DNA of 64,000 nt from a virus. Positions within the stretch are counted from its first letter, which is position 1. Every line of letters begins with the position of its first letter. Positions 38,403 through 47,252 of this stretch are shown here, one piece after another. The stretch lies in IMG/VR virus record IMGVR_UViG_3300023213_000095. One strand, 5' to 3'. The notes under the pieces are model-generated. The model saw only the letters and a list, made by a program, of their open reading frames with translations, did not search any database and was not told where the DNA came from. Position numbers and translations under genes: made by a program.

Positions 38403-39081
38403 ACATCGCGCCCGTTACGCCCGTTCCACCGGCTGACCACTTTACGCCTGAGGTGAACTGCACCCCCTCATAAGAGACGAGCAGATTCGAGAGGCCTGGA
38501 ATGGAGAAGGAGGGGCCAATCGCATTGATGGGGGAGCCAGAATTGTCAGTAACCGTGATAGTCTGGGCTGAGGCATTGGTATTGTTGAAGTAGGCCGTCC
38601 AGAGGCAGGTGGTTGAGGCAAATACAGCCGTGGAGACTGTTGGGAGGGCTGAAACCGCCTGATTTACCAATGTGGTGCCACAGGGCGTCTTTGGAGTTGA
38701 AACCACTGTAGCACCAGCCGCAAAGGTCACATTCAGTGCACCGCCTGCTGTTACTGTCGCTGAATTTCCACCCTGATTGATGGTCGTGAGCCATGGGGTC
38801 GTATTGGCTGTATTGCCCGGTTGGACCGTCCATGTCCCTGACTGTGTGGCCAGAACGTTACTATCATTGGACACCGTGACGCGGGGAATCCCCACACCAC
38901 TCACACCAGTACCTGTAACCACAGCCGCACCAGCAAACTGCGTGATGTTGTCTGCCCATGGGGATGTGCCTTGGAAGACGGCCCCAGCAGAGGTCTGGAG
39001 CTGGGCGAGCACCTTTCCACCGAGGAGATAAATGGCTGTGGAGAAGGCAATCGCCGTCACCCACACCCGTAATGATTTCAT
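38389..39081 (-). CDS. secreted Thr/Gly-rich protein
   Basis: It has a signal peptide (MKSLRVWVTAIAFSTAIYLLGGKVLAQ). It is 230 aa. Confidence 0.5.
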   Translation of the reverse strand: MKSLRVWVTAIAFSTAIYLLGGKVLAQLQTSAGAVFQGTSPWADNITQFAGAAVVTGTGVSGVGIPRVTVSNDSNVLATQSGTWTVQPGNTANTTPWLTTINQGGNSATVTAGGALNVTFAAGATVVSTPKTPCGTTLVNQAVSALPTVSTAVFASTTCLWTAYFNNTNASAQTITVTDNSGSPINAIGPSFSIPGLSNLLVSYEGVQFTSGVKWSAGGTGVTGAMYGYQ

Positions 39082-39263
39082 CGAGCACCTCGGAGGCCTT
39101 CTAGAATGGCTTGTTTGCGGGCCGACTTATTGCGGTCAGGGCCTTGTGGAACCTGGCCCCGCCGAGCCTGGGGACGGGCTTTGCGGCTTGGGGGAGCCAC
39201 CTGATTGGAGATCCCCCCAAAGACCGGCTTGAGCACAGGCGTATCAGATGTCAGTCCAGCCAT

Positions 39264-39485
39264 TTACTGATTCAGGAAGTGGAGCAGCGCATTCACGCCG
39301 ACAATGACATAGGGAGCATACTTGCTGGGAATATACTGGAGATAGGTTCCACCAACCGCTGCGGCGTTGAGCCAGAACTCCTTCGACTTTACAAAACTCA
39401 ACACACCCTTGCCAGCATCAGCCGCAACCGCATCCTTCGCCAACTTTGCCGCGTCGTCTACAACCTGATTGGAGTCAACACCCAT
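39264..39485 (-). CDS. hypothetical Ala-rich protein
   Basis: It is 73 aa. A possible 30-aa TM peptide gene (39485..39577) lies between it and the upstream gene. Confidence 0.4.
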   Translation of the reverse strand: MGVDSNQVVDDAAKLAKDAVAADAGKGVLSFVKSKEFWLNAAAVGGTYLQYIPSKYAPYVIVGVNALLHFLNQ

Positions 39486-39576
39486 TAGAGTCCTCCTCTA
39501 TCACTATAAGCTGTAATGGCCATGAGAATAAGAACAACTACTACAAGAGCTGTAATGATAGACCAGAAAAAAGTCA

Positions 39577-40938
39577 TTAATATACTGTTACACTAAAATT
39601 GCGGAGAGTAATAGTATCGGCTGCATTTGCTGCACTCCATGTTGCACTCACTGAGACAAACTCTGCAACAGTGGTATCAATCGTTGATGTTGCCGTATTA
39701 ACGATGTCATCTAATACGGCCGCTGTCAGTGCCGTAAAGTATGTGGCTCCCGGCTGTCCTTGACAGTCGATCGTTCCGGCTGCACCGCTTGTTAGCACAT
39801 TACAGATGACACGGGCATTCCATCCTTGGTTCGTGAGCCCTCCAATAGCAGGATTCACTGCACCCGTTGTGGCGATTTGCACCACTGTTCCAGAGCCACA
39901 CCCTGAAACCGTGCAGAGCTTGAACTTGAGGTTGATCGTATCGGCCGCAAGGTTCGTTCCATAGACGCCCGCGAGTTCAATGACCAGTCGATGATGAGCG
40001 GCGTTGATCATCCCACCGGGGATCTTGCCGTCTGTCCCGATACCGAAAAATGTCTCAGTGACGGTGTTCGTGACGGCAGCATACGCGGCCGTATTAGTGA
40101 GGGCGTCGGGAATCGTGTGGTAGGTGTAGGTGGTATCCCCATTGAGCTGGCACCCTTGATAGTAACTAACGGCACCAAAGGCGCCATCATGGTACAAGGC
40201 ACCACGCACGTTCGCGGCACAAGTCGGAATGCCTGCCGTCGCGCCAGTGCCGCCTGCGGTGTCGGAGTGATCAACGAACATAGCCCCGGTGCTGATCGTT
40301 GCGCTTCCAGACGAGAGCTGATTGAGTCCTTGCGTACCCGAATCGGGCGACTTGAGCCCCCCCGTGATCGCGCCGTTCTGCGCGTTGCCGAAGAAGAACC
40401 CATTAGAAGATCCGGATCCCACGAGGAACCCAGACGGCATGAGAAGAAGCTGATCATTGCTTCCCAAGCCCGTGCTACAAGTGACCCCATCTGGCGTGAT
40501 ATGGATGCCGTTTGCTCCGTCGATTCCACCGTTAGCGACGCGGAATCCAAAGCACAATCCACTTTGCGGATTCGGACCGATCGTCAGACTGTAAGTACCT
40601 TGACCGCCGCCTCTGTTAAGATTCAGGACATCCGTCCCACCGAACGTCAAGGCGCTATTAGCCGAACTCCATGTCAGGCTTGCTGTTCCTCCAAAGGAGC
40701 CCGCATTATTATATTGTAGCTGGGTTGTTGAGCCTCCTGCACCCCCCGAGACTAGCTTGAGGTTCATATTCCCATTGGCATCCGTAGTGATGGCTGTGGG
40801 AACCCCTCCATTTACCCCAAAAATGACCGCCGCTTGTTGGGAATGAACGTAACCAGTCTCAAGAATCAGCGCCGTCAGGAGGGCCAGTGCCCAAGTCCCG
40901 AGATTAGTGACCAATCGCATTGACATTTCCACTCGCAT
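39577..40938 (-). CDS. secreted Gly/Thr/Asn/Cys-rich protein
   Basis: It has a signal-peptide-like N-terminus and is 453 aa. After the signal it begins QQAAVIFGVNGGVPTAITTDANGNMN. Confidence 0.55.
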   Translation of the reverse strand: MRVEMSMRLVTNLGTWALALLTALILETGYVHSQQAAVIFGVNGGVPTAITTDANGNMNLKLVSGGAGGSTTQLQYNNAGSFGGTASLTWSSANSALTFGGTDVLNLNRGGGQGTYSLTIGPNPQSGLCFGFRVANGGIDGANGIHITPDGVTCSTGLGSNDQLLLMPSGFLVGSGSSNGFFFGNAQNGAITGGLKSPDSGTQGLNQLSSGSATISTGAMFVDHSDTAGGTGATAGIPTCAANVRGALYHDGAFGAVSYYQGCQLNGDTTYTYHTIPDALTNTAAYAAVTNTVTETFFGIGTDGKIPGGMINAAHHRLVIELAGVYGTNLAADTINLKFKLCTVSGCGSGTVVQIATTGAVNPAIGGLTNQGWNARVICNVLTSGAAGTIDCQGQPGATYFTALTAAVLDDIVNTATSTIDTTVAEFVSVSATWSAANAADTITLRNFSVTVY

Positions 40939-41092
40939 CTACAGAAATGGGTTTGGCAACCCCACTATTGACACCAAAGATGACCAGAACCTGTTGGGCG
41001 GTCGTGGGCTGTGAAACCAAGGAGCCTAAAATCATCCCAAACAGGAGAGCAGCTAGAAGTTTTCTCATGTTACCCTGCATCACCCTGGCCAA
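40904..41092 (-). CDS. short secreted ORF that duplicates the N-terminus of the downstream 453-aa protein
   Basis: It is 62 aa. It has a signal peptide followed by QQVLVIFGVNSGVAKPISVDASGNVN, which parallels QQAAVIFGVNGGVPTAITTDANGNMN in the 39577..40938 protein. Confidence 0.4.
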   Translation of the reverse strand: MARVMQGNMRKLLAALLFGMILGSLVSQPTTAQQVLVIFGVNSGVAKPISVDASGNVNAIGH

Positions 41093-41468
41093 TGACGACG
41101 CTCAGCTTCTGGTAGGCCTCGACCGTGACCTGGCCAGCCGCTCCAGCTCCGCTCAGGGCAAGGGAGAGGTTCTTCCCAGCACCCAAAGGGATGCCATCAG
41201 CACCGAAGTCCAGCTCATAGGAGACTGGAGCATTGGCCGCACTGAGGGCTCCACTAATTACGAGGGGGCTCCCAGCCGAATCCTGAAATGTCCACGTCAC
41301 CGCACCAGACCCAGTGGTCAACTGAACCTTAATGCTCTGAACGAAGACCGTGTAGTTCGTTTTGGCCGTGACTAGGGTGAATGGCCCTGCATCAGCTGTG
41401 CCAACCGATTTGTTAGCTGCGTTGTTACCGAAGATTTGTCGTCTTCGGAGATATCCTTCACCGGGCAT
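41070..41468 (-). CDS. hypothetical beta-sandwich-like protein
   Basis: It is 132 aa. Confidence 0.45.
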   Translation of the reverse strand: MPGEGYLRRRQIFGNNAANKSVGTADAGPFTLVTAKTNYTVFVQSIKVQLTTGSGAVTWTFQDSAGSPLVISGALSAANAPVSYELDFGADGIPLGAGKNLSLALSGAGAAGQVTVEAYQKLSVVIGQGDAG

Positions 41469-41477
41469 GGTTACTCC

Positions 41478-41819
41478 TTAGAAGGCGTCAGCCAAATCGT
41501 CAGCCGCAACACCTGACCCTTCGGGTTTACTGGCTGCATTGATGCCCTCACCTGAGCCAGGGGCAGAACCTCTAGGCTCCTCAGATGGCTCAAACGGATC
41601 ATTCCACGGGTTGTTCCCTCGATAGGAGCCACCATCCTCATGGCCAGCTCCAACAGCTTCGGAACTCCCAATATAGGCTGGGGCACAGCTTGAATCCGAG
41701 GACTTGAAGCTGTAGACACCAGGGACCAGCTCGTTCCGGTCACCCGTCACTTCAGGAAACACACTGTCAGAGCGTTCAGACCGCTCAGCTGGAGCTTCCT
41801 TTGAAAGCTTTCCAATCAT
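41478..41819 (-). CDS. hypothetical acidic protein
   Basis: It is 113 aa. It overlaps another ORF, so this call is tentative. Confidence 0.35.
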   Translation of the reverse strand: MIGKLSKEAPAERSERSDSVFPEVTGDRNELVPGVYSFKSSDSSCAPAYIGSSEAVGAGHEDGGSYRGNNPWNDPFEPSEEPRGSAPGSGEGINAASKPEGSGVAADDLADAF

Positions 41820-42043
41820 TATTGCTCTCCGTAGAAGGAATCCTTCTCAGGGTTCCCGTAGCTGGGCCGCTGGTGAGCAGCCGGGGTCGAGCCCACATTC
41901 CCACCCCTCAGTGGTGTTCCCACCGGGGGAACCTGCGAGGTTGGCTGGGCCTGGGGACGAACAGGGGCAGGGACAGTCCCACCAGCGACTCCTTTAAAGC
42001 CGTCTGGCCGGAGTTCTGGTCGGTCGAATTTAGGGGCGGGCAT
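41819..42043 (-). CDS. hypothetical Pro-rich protein
   Basis: It is 74 aa. Confidence 0.35.
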   Translation of the reverse strand: MPAPKFDRPELRPDGFKGVAGGTVPAPVRPQAQPTSQVPPVGTPLRGGNVGSTPAAHQRPSYGNPEKDSFYGEQ

Positions 42044-42621
42044 TAGTCTTTTGCTCCTCTGGGCTTATCGGTCGAACCGATACTACGTGAGGCTGAATGG
42101 TTTGCACCAGACTCTCCGGACGGCAGAGCCTCACTAGGTTCAACCTGCCAACCGTGTTCAAATGTTTTCCAATCCGTGCGCTGCGGAACCGTCTTGTTAT
42201 TGTCGATGGCTGGGTCATCACGATAGTCACGGTCGGCCTTGTCGGTGAATCGAATGCTCTGACTGGCAAACCATGAATCGAGTGCCTTGTCCCCCTCAGG
42301 CTTGAAGGGGTTAGCCGAGCCTCGGAAGTCCTGTGGCTTGCTCCCTACCTTGCGCTCACTATAAGGCTCATCATAGTGATGGTTGGGACCCTTGTGGTCA
42401 GTGGGGGTGCCGTAGGTGCCAGTCTGGTCGGTCCAGGAGTCTGTATAGAAGTTCTTACCAGTGTTGCGGGAGTCGTAGTAGTCGTCACCCTCAGGGCTCA
42501 AGTCAAGCTTGGGCTGGTTGCCTCTCTGTGGACAGCCGTCCGTCTTGAACCGCTTCTCCCGCCACTCGCCGGGGTCCTGTTCAGCGTTATCCACGCTATA
42601 GTCATCAACATCGTTCGCCAT
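42043..42621 (-). CDS. acidic, probably disordered hypothetical protein
   Basis: It is 192 aa and Asp/Tyr/Thr-rich. Confidence 0.45.
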   Translation of the reverse strand: MANDVDDYSVDNAEQDPGEWREKRFKTDGCPQRGNQPKLDLSPEGDDYYDSRNTGKNFYTDSWTDQTGTYGTPTDHKGPNHHYDEPYSERKVGSKPQDFRGSANPFKPEGDKALDSWFASQSIRFTDKADRDYRDDPAIDNNKTVPQRTDWKTFEHGWQVEPSEALPSGESGANHSASRSIGSTDKPRGAKD

Positions 42622-42807
42622 TTAGGGCTTCGCTTTCTTCAGGCCTTCAGCAGCCTTGGATTGATACTCTTTCTTACCGCCCTTAGCTGCCCGCTTCTCG
42701 GATAGCATAATGGCCACGGCTTGTTTCTGGGATTTGACAGGTTTGCCGGAGCCGCCGGACTTGAGGGTTCCCTTCCCCCACTTCTCCATTACTTTATTCC
42801 ACGGCAC
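42622..42807 (-). CDS. small Lys-rich protein
   Basis: It is 61 aa and coupled to the HNH gene. Confidence 0.4.
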   Translation of the reverse strand: MPWNKVMEKWGKGTLKSGGSGKPVKSQKQAVAIMLSEKRAAKGGKKEYQSKAAEGLKKAKP

Positions 42808-43033
42808 AACGTGCTCTCCGCTGATTACATCCTAGATGAGCCAGCCTAATATTAGAAGGATGATTTGATCCGCCTGCCTTCACTGTTATTACATGATCCA
42901 ATGATTCAGTTCCCTCTAACATGATTCCACCACATAACCAGCATTTATCCCCGTCACGCTGTTTAAGAAATCCAACGGCAATTTCTCGGTATTCTGTTGC
43001 CATATTTCTCCGAGAATTATACCGGGCTTTCAT
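42794..43033 (-). CDS. HNH endonuclease
   Basis: The HNH core motifs are present: CWLCGG ... DHVITVKAGGSNHPSNIRLAHLGCNQRR. It is 79 aa. Confidence 0.65.
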   Translation of the reverse strand: MKARYNSRRNMATEYREIAVGFLKQRDGDKCWLCGGIMLEGTESLDHVITVKAGGSNHPSNIRLAHLGCNQRRARCAVE

Positions 43034-43436
43034 ACTTCATCCCAGGGCATTGGTAACCGTTAGATTTCCACTAGTTGGGCCGTTCCAGATAACACTGGGC
43101 TGAGACCAAACTGGATAGTTGATGTAAGTTGGCGTATAAACTGGATAGATCCGATAACCACCCCGACCACAGTGTGGGCAATAGCCACAGTTGGGACAGG
43201 GATGCTGGGAAGGCTGTTGGCCAATGGGGATGGTCTAGGAAGGAATGTACATGTTGTTAATAGCGGCTGTCTGCTTAGGACTGTTTGACATCAACTGTGC
43301 TCTTGGCATTATACTCGATGAGGGCATTCAAGATGGACTTGACCAACTCTGCCACGATGCGTTCAACGTCCTGGGGATGCTTTTCGAGGTATGTAAGGAA
43401 GGCGGTGAAGAAGAATTTGATGGGCAAGGGCGGCTC

Positions 43437-44168
43437 CTACGATGAACGAAACGTGCTGATTAGGTCCTCTACGGCAGCGGCCATATCGGGGTGATCGGGC
43501 GATATCGGAGCGGGGGCGAGTGGAAGTGGAGCAACTTCAATGACTGTGGGGAACTCGCCTTCAATCTCTCTACCAACACCAACAATCTCCCCGGTTAGCT
43601 CACGGGGGGTAGCCGGTTCAATCTTGAGCGCCAGGACCATGTTGGTAGATTCCTGGATGCCCTCAGAGGCCTGGAACTGTTTAAAGAGGGTTTCCTTGGC
43701 GGTGCCCATAGTAGCAATTAGGCGGGTCTTGTCGTCTGGGCTCTTCATGAAATCAGCCAGGTTGTCAGCCACCATCGGGATGATTTCGTAGCGAAGCTTG
43801 TTGAGGGGTTCCTCGAATTTGAGGAGGCCCTGCTTGTTGGCCCGGTAGAGGAGGTCAGTAAGCCCTGAGGCCGCATAACCCATCTTCTCGGCAATCTGGG
43901 CGTGGGTCAGGTCAGGGTACATGGCCCTGAGAGCCATGAACTGGGCTAGCTTCTCTCGGCTCTTTAGGGTAAGGCCACCATCAGGGTGCTTAAGGCCGGT
44001 TGGCGGGCTTCCTCGGCCAGGTGGGCGTCCAGTTGGCTCAGGTCTGGCTTTCTTGGGCCGACCGCGTGGACGCTTCGGGGGTAGGATGTAGGGGGATTGA
44101 GTTGCTGCTGGATTCGCAGGCGTTGGCGATGGAGAAAGGTCTCGAACGAGTCCATTGGTGTCAGACAT
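43437..44168 (-). CDS. DNA-binding protein with an AT-hook and HTH, candidate terminase small subunit
   Basis: It is the first gene of the leftward operon. It has an AT-hook-like tract (KRPRGRPKK) and an HTH-like segment (LTHAQIAEKMGYAASGLTDLL). The small-terminase role is inferred from its position and DNA-binding features only. Confidence 0.45.
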   Translation of the reverse strand: MSDTNGLVRDLSPSPTPANPAATQSPYILPPKRPRGRPKKARPEPTGRPPGRGSPPTGLKHPDGGLTLKSREKLAQFMALRAMYPDLTHAQIAEKMGYAASGLTDLLYRANKQGLLKFEEPLNKLRYEIIPMVADNLADFMKSPDDKTRLIATMGTAKETLFKQFQASEGIQESTNMVLALKIEPATPRELTGEIVGVGREIEGEFPTVIEVAPLPLAPAPISPDHPDMAAAVEDLISTFRSS

Positions 44169-44676
44169 GGGTTGGTTGCTGCGCCCCTGAGTTCCACAGG
44201 GTTTTGGAACGGGTATGAGCCGTCCTCAGATAGTGACCTGCCGCCAGCTATAGTGGGTTGGCTGACCGGACTTGAACCGGCTTAGACATGGTTCACAACC
44301 ACGTTCCTCGACTCTTCGGACTCAGCCAAACTGTGGGAACTATGGTCTGTGATCATGGGAAAATGGAGGGGCTCTACCGCCGGTAGTTTCACTATTGGGA
44401 AGCCCCTGGCCCAGAAGATTTACTGCCAGGGCTGCGGAGGGTGGGGGCAGCTCTAGCTAGGCGGAATGGTGCTGTAGATACCTTTAGAAGCATACCACAA
44501 TTAGTGGTAGTTTGTCAAGCCCCTATTTCGGACCCACCGGTTCCATAGCTTGTCGGCCACCCAAAATAATCCAATGAGTGTCCAAAGGGTATAAGAAGTC
44601 TCAATCGAAATCATGAGACCATCATACACTAAAATGGCCCCCCTGTCAAGCCCCCCAGGAAACTACGACGAAACGA

Positions 44677-44710
44677 TAACCCCTATAAAAGGGGGGGTAG
44701 TTTTTTTAGT
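44677..44710 (+). terminator. weak intrinsic-terminator-like hairpin followed by a T7 run
   Basis: The sequence is CCCC-tataaaa-GGGGGGG-tag-TTTTTTT. The stem is short. C6 tracts at 44640-44645 and 44651-44656 could lengthen it. Confidence 0.25.
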
Positions 44711-45215
44711 AACTAGATTCTGGGTCTAACCCACTGAGCTAGTTAGGGTTATTGGATTCCTAGAAACTAGCACTCAAAAACAGCGTGTGTAGTTTATTTT
44801 GACTCTAGAATCCCCCACCTAGGGATAGCCCTTGGAGCCTGCCCGGGGGGCTAGAAAATTCGGGAAATGGCAAAATAAATATTTCACAGCCCCTGGAAAA
44901 TCATGGACCAGCCAAACCTATAATTATAGGATTCCCGTAACCCAAAATAGCCATATTCCCATAAGCCCTTTAGAATCAACATGTTAGGTTTTGCAAATTT
45001 TAAAATTTTTCTAGAGGATACAGAGCCCCGGACTGACTCGAACGGACAGGAGGGGACCCTAGGGTACTCTATGGACAGCTGTCAAAGGTTGTCAGCTGTG
45101 ACAATAATTGTTGTCAGTTGTTGTCGGCTAAGTCCTTTAGTGGCAGCTAGTTGCGCGGGATTGCCCATGGCACCGGGGATGCAGTGTGGTCTGGCAGTTC
45201 GTCGGCGGCTCAAGC

Positions 45216-45236
45216 GCCTGGCATCGTGCCTGGCAT
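45216..45236. repeat. tandem direct repeat CCTGGCATC (x2, 3 nt spacer)
   Basis: The sequence is cctggcatcGTGcctggcatc. Confidence 0.5.
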
Positions 45237-45264
45237 CAGGCCTAGGGGGACGGCGAACCGAGCC

Positions 45265-45392
45265 GGTAACGGCTCATCCCTAACGGTAGCGCGTAGCGAG
45301 GCCTCTTGAATGGGGTCAGCCGTGAACAAGCACTAACGGCTGTAGGTCGCGCTAGTCGCCATAACAGCAGGCGGCGGGTAACAGTGGCTGTG
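45265..45392. repeat. imperfect TAACGGCT-like direct repeats (about 4 copies)
   Basis: The copies are ggtaacggct, ctaacggtagcg, actaacggctgtagg and gggtaacagtggctgtg. They are spaced 15-60 nt apart and lie in the non-coding region. Confidence 0.4.
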
Positions 45393-45526
45393 TTGCGCCT
45401 AACCAACCTAGACACCTTGGGTTAGGACCGGCGTCAATTGTGGTGTCATAGGATTCTAGCGGCCTCTAGAATCAAATGCTATCCTGCTCTTGGTCAAGCG
45501 CCTAGCCTGAAAGGGTTAGGTGAGCC

Positions 45527-45700
45527 ATGCAAAGGTTTGCAGTGACGCTGAAGCACAAGGAAAAACCGGACATTAAGACGGTTTACCTGTGCTTGGCTGA
45601 GACGGCAGATGAAGCAGTAGCTAAGGCGCTTACGGCCGTGCTATTCGAGCCGGACGTAATGTCTTTGGACTACACAGCTACCGTGGTGACACGGCAATGA
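45527..45700 (+). CDS. first rightward small ORF (57 aa)
   Basis: ATG at 45527 is preceded by AGGTGA. The stop overlaps the next ATG (ATGA). It was translated by hand. Confidence 0.35.
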   Translation: MQRFAVTLKHKEKPDIKTVYLCLAETADEAVAKALTAVLFEPDVMSLDYTATVVTRQ

Positions 45701-45819
45701 CTGAGAGCAAAGCACTCGAAACCTTGCGTCTGAGCCAAGTAACACGTTTGGCCGATTGGCGTAGGGTTAAGGGCAAGTGGATCGACTGGCAACTCGGACG
45801 ATATGGCAATGGTGAGTAG
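45697..45819 (+). CDS. small basic ORF (40 aa), possible regulator
   Basis: It is ATGA-coupled to the previous ORF and Arg/Trp-rich (RLADWRRVKGKWIDWQLGR). Confidence 0.3.
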   Translation: MTESKALETLRLSQVTRLADWRRVKGKWIDWQLGRYGNGE

Positions 45820-45985
45820 CAATATCGTCTGGGGTGACTGACATTCAACGGTTAGGCGCTTTACCAAGGGCAGAATAGCATAGGGCCGGTTCCGGCTCGC
45901 TTGACACGGGTTTCGGCCCGTGGCACACTGGCGCGGTTCGCACGGCAATCCTGCCGGGCGTTAATGCGTAATGTGAGGTAGTGCA

Positions 45986-46459
45986 ATGGCAAACGATGGT
46001 GGAACCGGGGCAATGGGACAGGAAGCTGCCGCTACTGTCCTGTCGGGGAACAAACGCGAATCTCGAAAGGGTCGTATCCCATTCGAGGTAGTGGACTTCA
46101 GCTTGCCGAACAAGCGGGAAGTCTACCCGGCAGACGAGAACGGCAACGTCACGGAACGAACGGCTCAGGCGCTTATTCGTATTCAGGGGACCGAGCTGTA
46201 TTTCACAGCAAACATCTCCCGAATCACGAACAAGGCAGGTGAGAACATGGGCTACAAGGCGACCCTGCCATCAACGGGCAAGGTCTTCTTCAGGCCCGTC
46301 TTTTCCAGCAAGGACCCACACACGAATGCGGCCTTGATCCTCTGGAAGGACGAACTCGTCACGAAGCACTACGCCAACTGGGTTCGAGCCCAAAAGGCCG
46401 ACGGCGTTTCGTTGACAGCTCCCGCTCAGGCATCCGGCTTACACAAGCTGGATATCTAG
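45986..46459 (+). CDS. hypothetical early protein
   Basis: It is 157 aa. Confidence 0.5.
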   Translation: MANDGGTGAMGQEAAATVLSGNKRESRKGRIPFEVVDFSLPNKREVYPADENGNVTERTAQALIRIQGTELYFTANISRITNKAGENMGYKATLPSTGKVFFRPVFSSKDPHTNAALILWKDELVTKHYANWVRAQKADGVSLTAPAQASGLHKLDI

Positions 46460-46475
46460 TCCCATTCTCCGGCGC

Positions 46476-46519
46476 AGCAAATAGCCTTAGCATCTACGGA
46501 TGTTAGGGCTATTTGTGTT
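46476..46519 (+). terminator. hairpin (8 bp stem, long loop) after the 45986 gene
   Basis: The sequence is AAATAGCC-(20 nt)-GGCTATTT followed by gtgtttata. It may be a weak terminator or an attenuator. Confidence 0.25.
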
Positions 46520-46559
46520 TATACCCACTTACAATTCCGTTAGCCGTGCCAAACTGTGC

Positions 46560-46790
46560 AAACCTTCGCGTCACTTTCGCCCCGTCGGCCGCGCTACCCT
46601 CCCAGGATGCGAGCGGTCGGCCGTTCGCGCGTCCTGGCGCCCGTGAGCGGCCTTTGCGGCCCATCGGGCGAAACGGCCCGACGGCGCGGAAACGGCCGGA
46701 AAACCGGACGGCTTGACACACGGCTGGCGGCCGTGCGACCATCGGCGGGTCGGGCGGCCCGAACGCGGCGCAAACCAATAGCCTAGAGCA
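46560..46790. other. about 230 bp island of very high GC (about 70%) with repeated CGGCC/GGCCG and imperfect inverted repeats
   Basis: Composition shifts abruptly from about 55% to about 70% GC, then to about 42% downstream. An imperfect inverted repeat pairs ggccgttcgcgcg (46620) with cgcggaaacggcc (46690). The track ORFs here, on both strands, look like compositional artefacts. Confidence 0.35.
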
Positions 46791-46820
46791 GCAATTAGCT
46801 CGGCACTTAGAGGTAGAACT

Positions 46821-47147
46821 GTGTCTAGTGTAGAATGGCCTACTAAACGCCAAAGTAGGGGGCGTAAAGAGGCTAAAGAGACTCACAATATTAGCACTAC
46901 AGCAAGGATTGTTGATAGTGCGAAGTATTATGAGTGTTTCGAGGTAAAAGAAGATCGAAGTATTACTCAGAGGAAACACCTGAGATACTTCGGTAAGAGT
47001 CTTCTCAACAGATCCTCTGATCCTTTCCAGTCTCCACTTATTGTGAGAGAAACTAGTAAGTCTCACAAGAGAGTGTTTGAGTATGACGATCACAGTAAGA
47101 ATCGTGATCGTGGTATTCATTTGGTGAAAGTGAAAGGGTTGGAGTAG
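46821..47147 (+). CDS. hypothetical protein in a low-GC island
   Basis: It is 108 aa. Local GC is about 41%. Confidence 0.35.
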   Translation: MSSVEWPTKRQSRGRKEAKETHNISTTARIVDSAKYYECFEVKEDRSITQRKHLRYFGKSLLNRSSDPFQSPLIVRETSKSHKRVFEYDDHSKNRDRGIHLVKVKGLE

Positions 47148-47252
47148 CTGTGCTATTCAGGTGTCCGAACTGCAATAACCTAGTGAGAGTAATTAAGTGC
47201 TTTCTAGGTTACTGTGAACACTGTAACGAATTTGTTCTCAGTAAGCCCTGAA

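Larger units (their letters stand above)
44713..45473. promoter_or_regulatory. repeat-rich divergent control region: CTAGAATC-type iterons and a perfect palindrome
   Basis: The motif CTAGA(A/T)TC or its complement occurs at 44713, 44754-44766, 44794, 44841, 44968 and 45466. A perfect palindrome GATTCTAG-cggcct-CTAGAATC spans 45452..45473. There are no credible ORFs across 44170-45526. Confidence 0.5.

Noticed and set aside
39991-40719. 242-aa plus-strand ORF opposite the 453-aa secreted-protein gene
   Set aside because: It is antisense to a gene in a long co-directional operon. Its product is Arg/Ser-rich and looks like a GC-driven artefact.
43070-43215. Minus-strand frame encoding CPNCGYCPHCG (zinc-ribbon-like) between the HNH gene and the TerS-like gene
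   Set aside because: The frame is open but has no ATG, GTG or TTG start before the motif. I treat it as non-coding or a remnant.
44981-45283. 100-aa plus-strand ORF in the control region
   Set aside because: It overlaps the direct-repeat arrays, has a poor start context and gives a low-complexity Cys/Ala/Leu product. The region is better explained as regulatory non-coding DNA.
46509-47120. 203-aa minus-strand ORF, and plus-strand ORFs 46513..46716 and 46556..46786
   Set aside because: They span the 70% GC repeat element. Their products are Arg/Ala/Pro-rich, which is typical of stop-codon-poor GC-rich DNA. The minus ORF runs antisense into a low-GC plus-strand gene. All are judged compositional artefacts.
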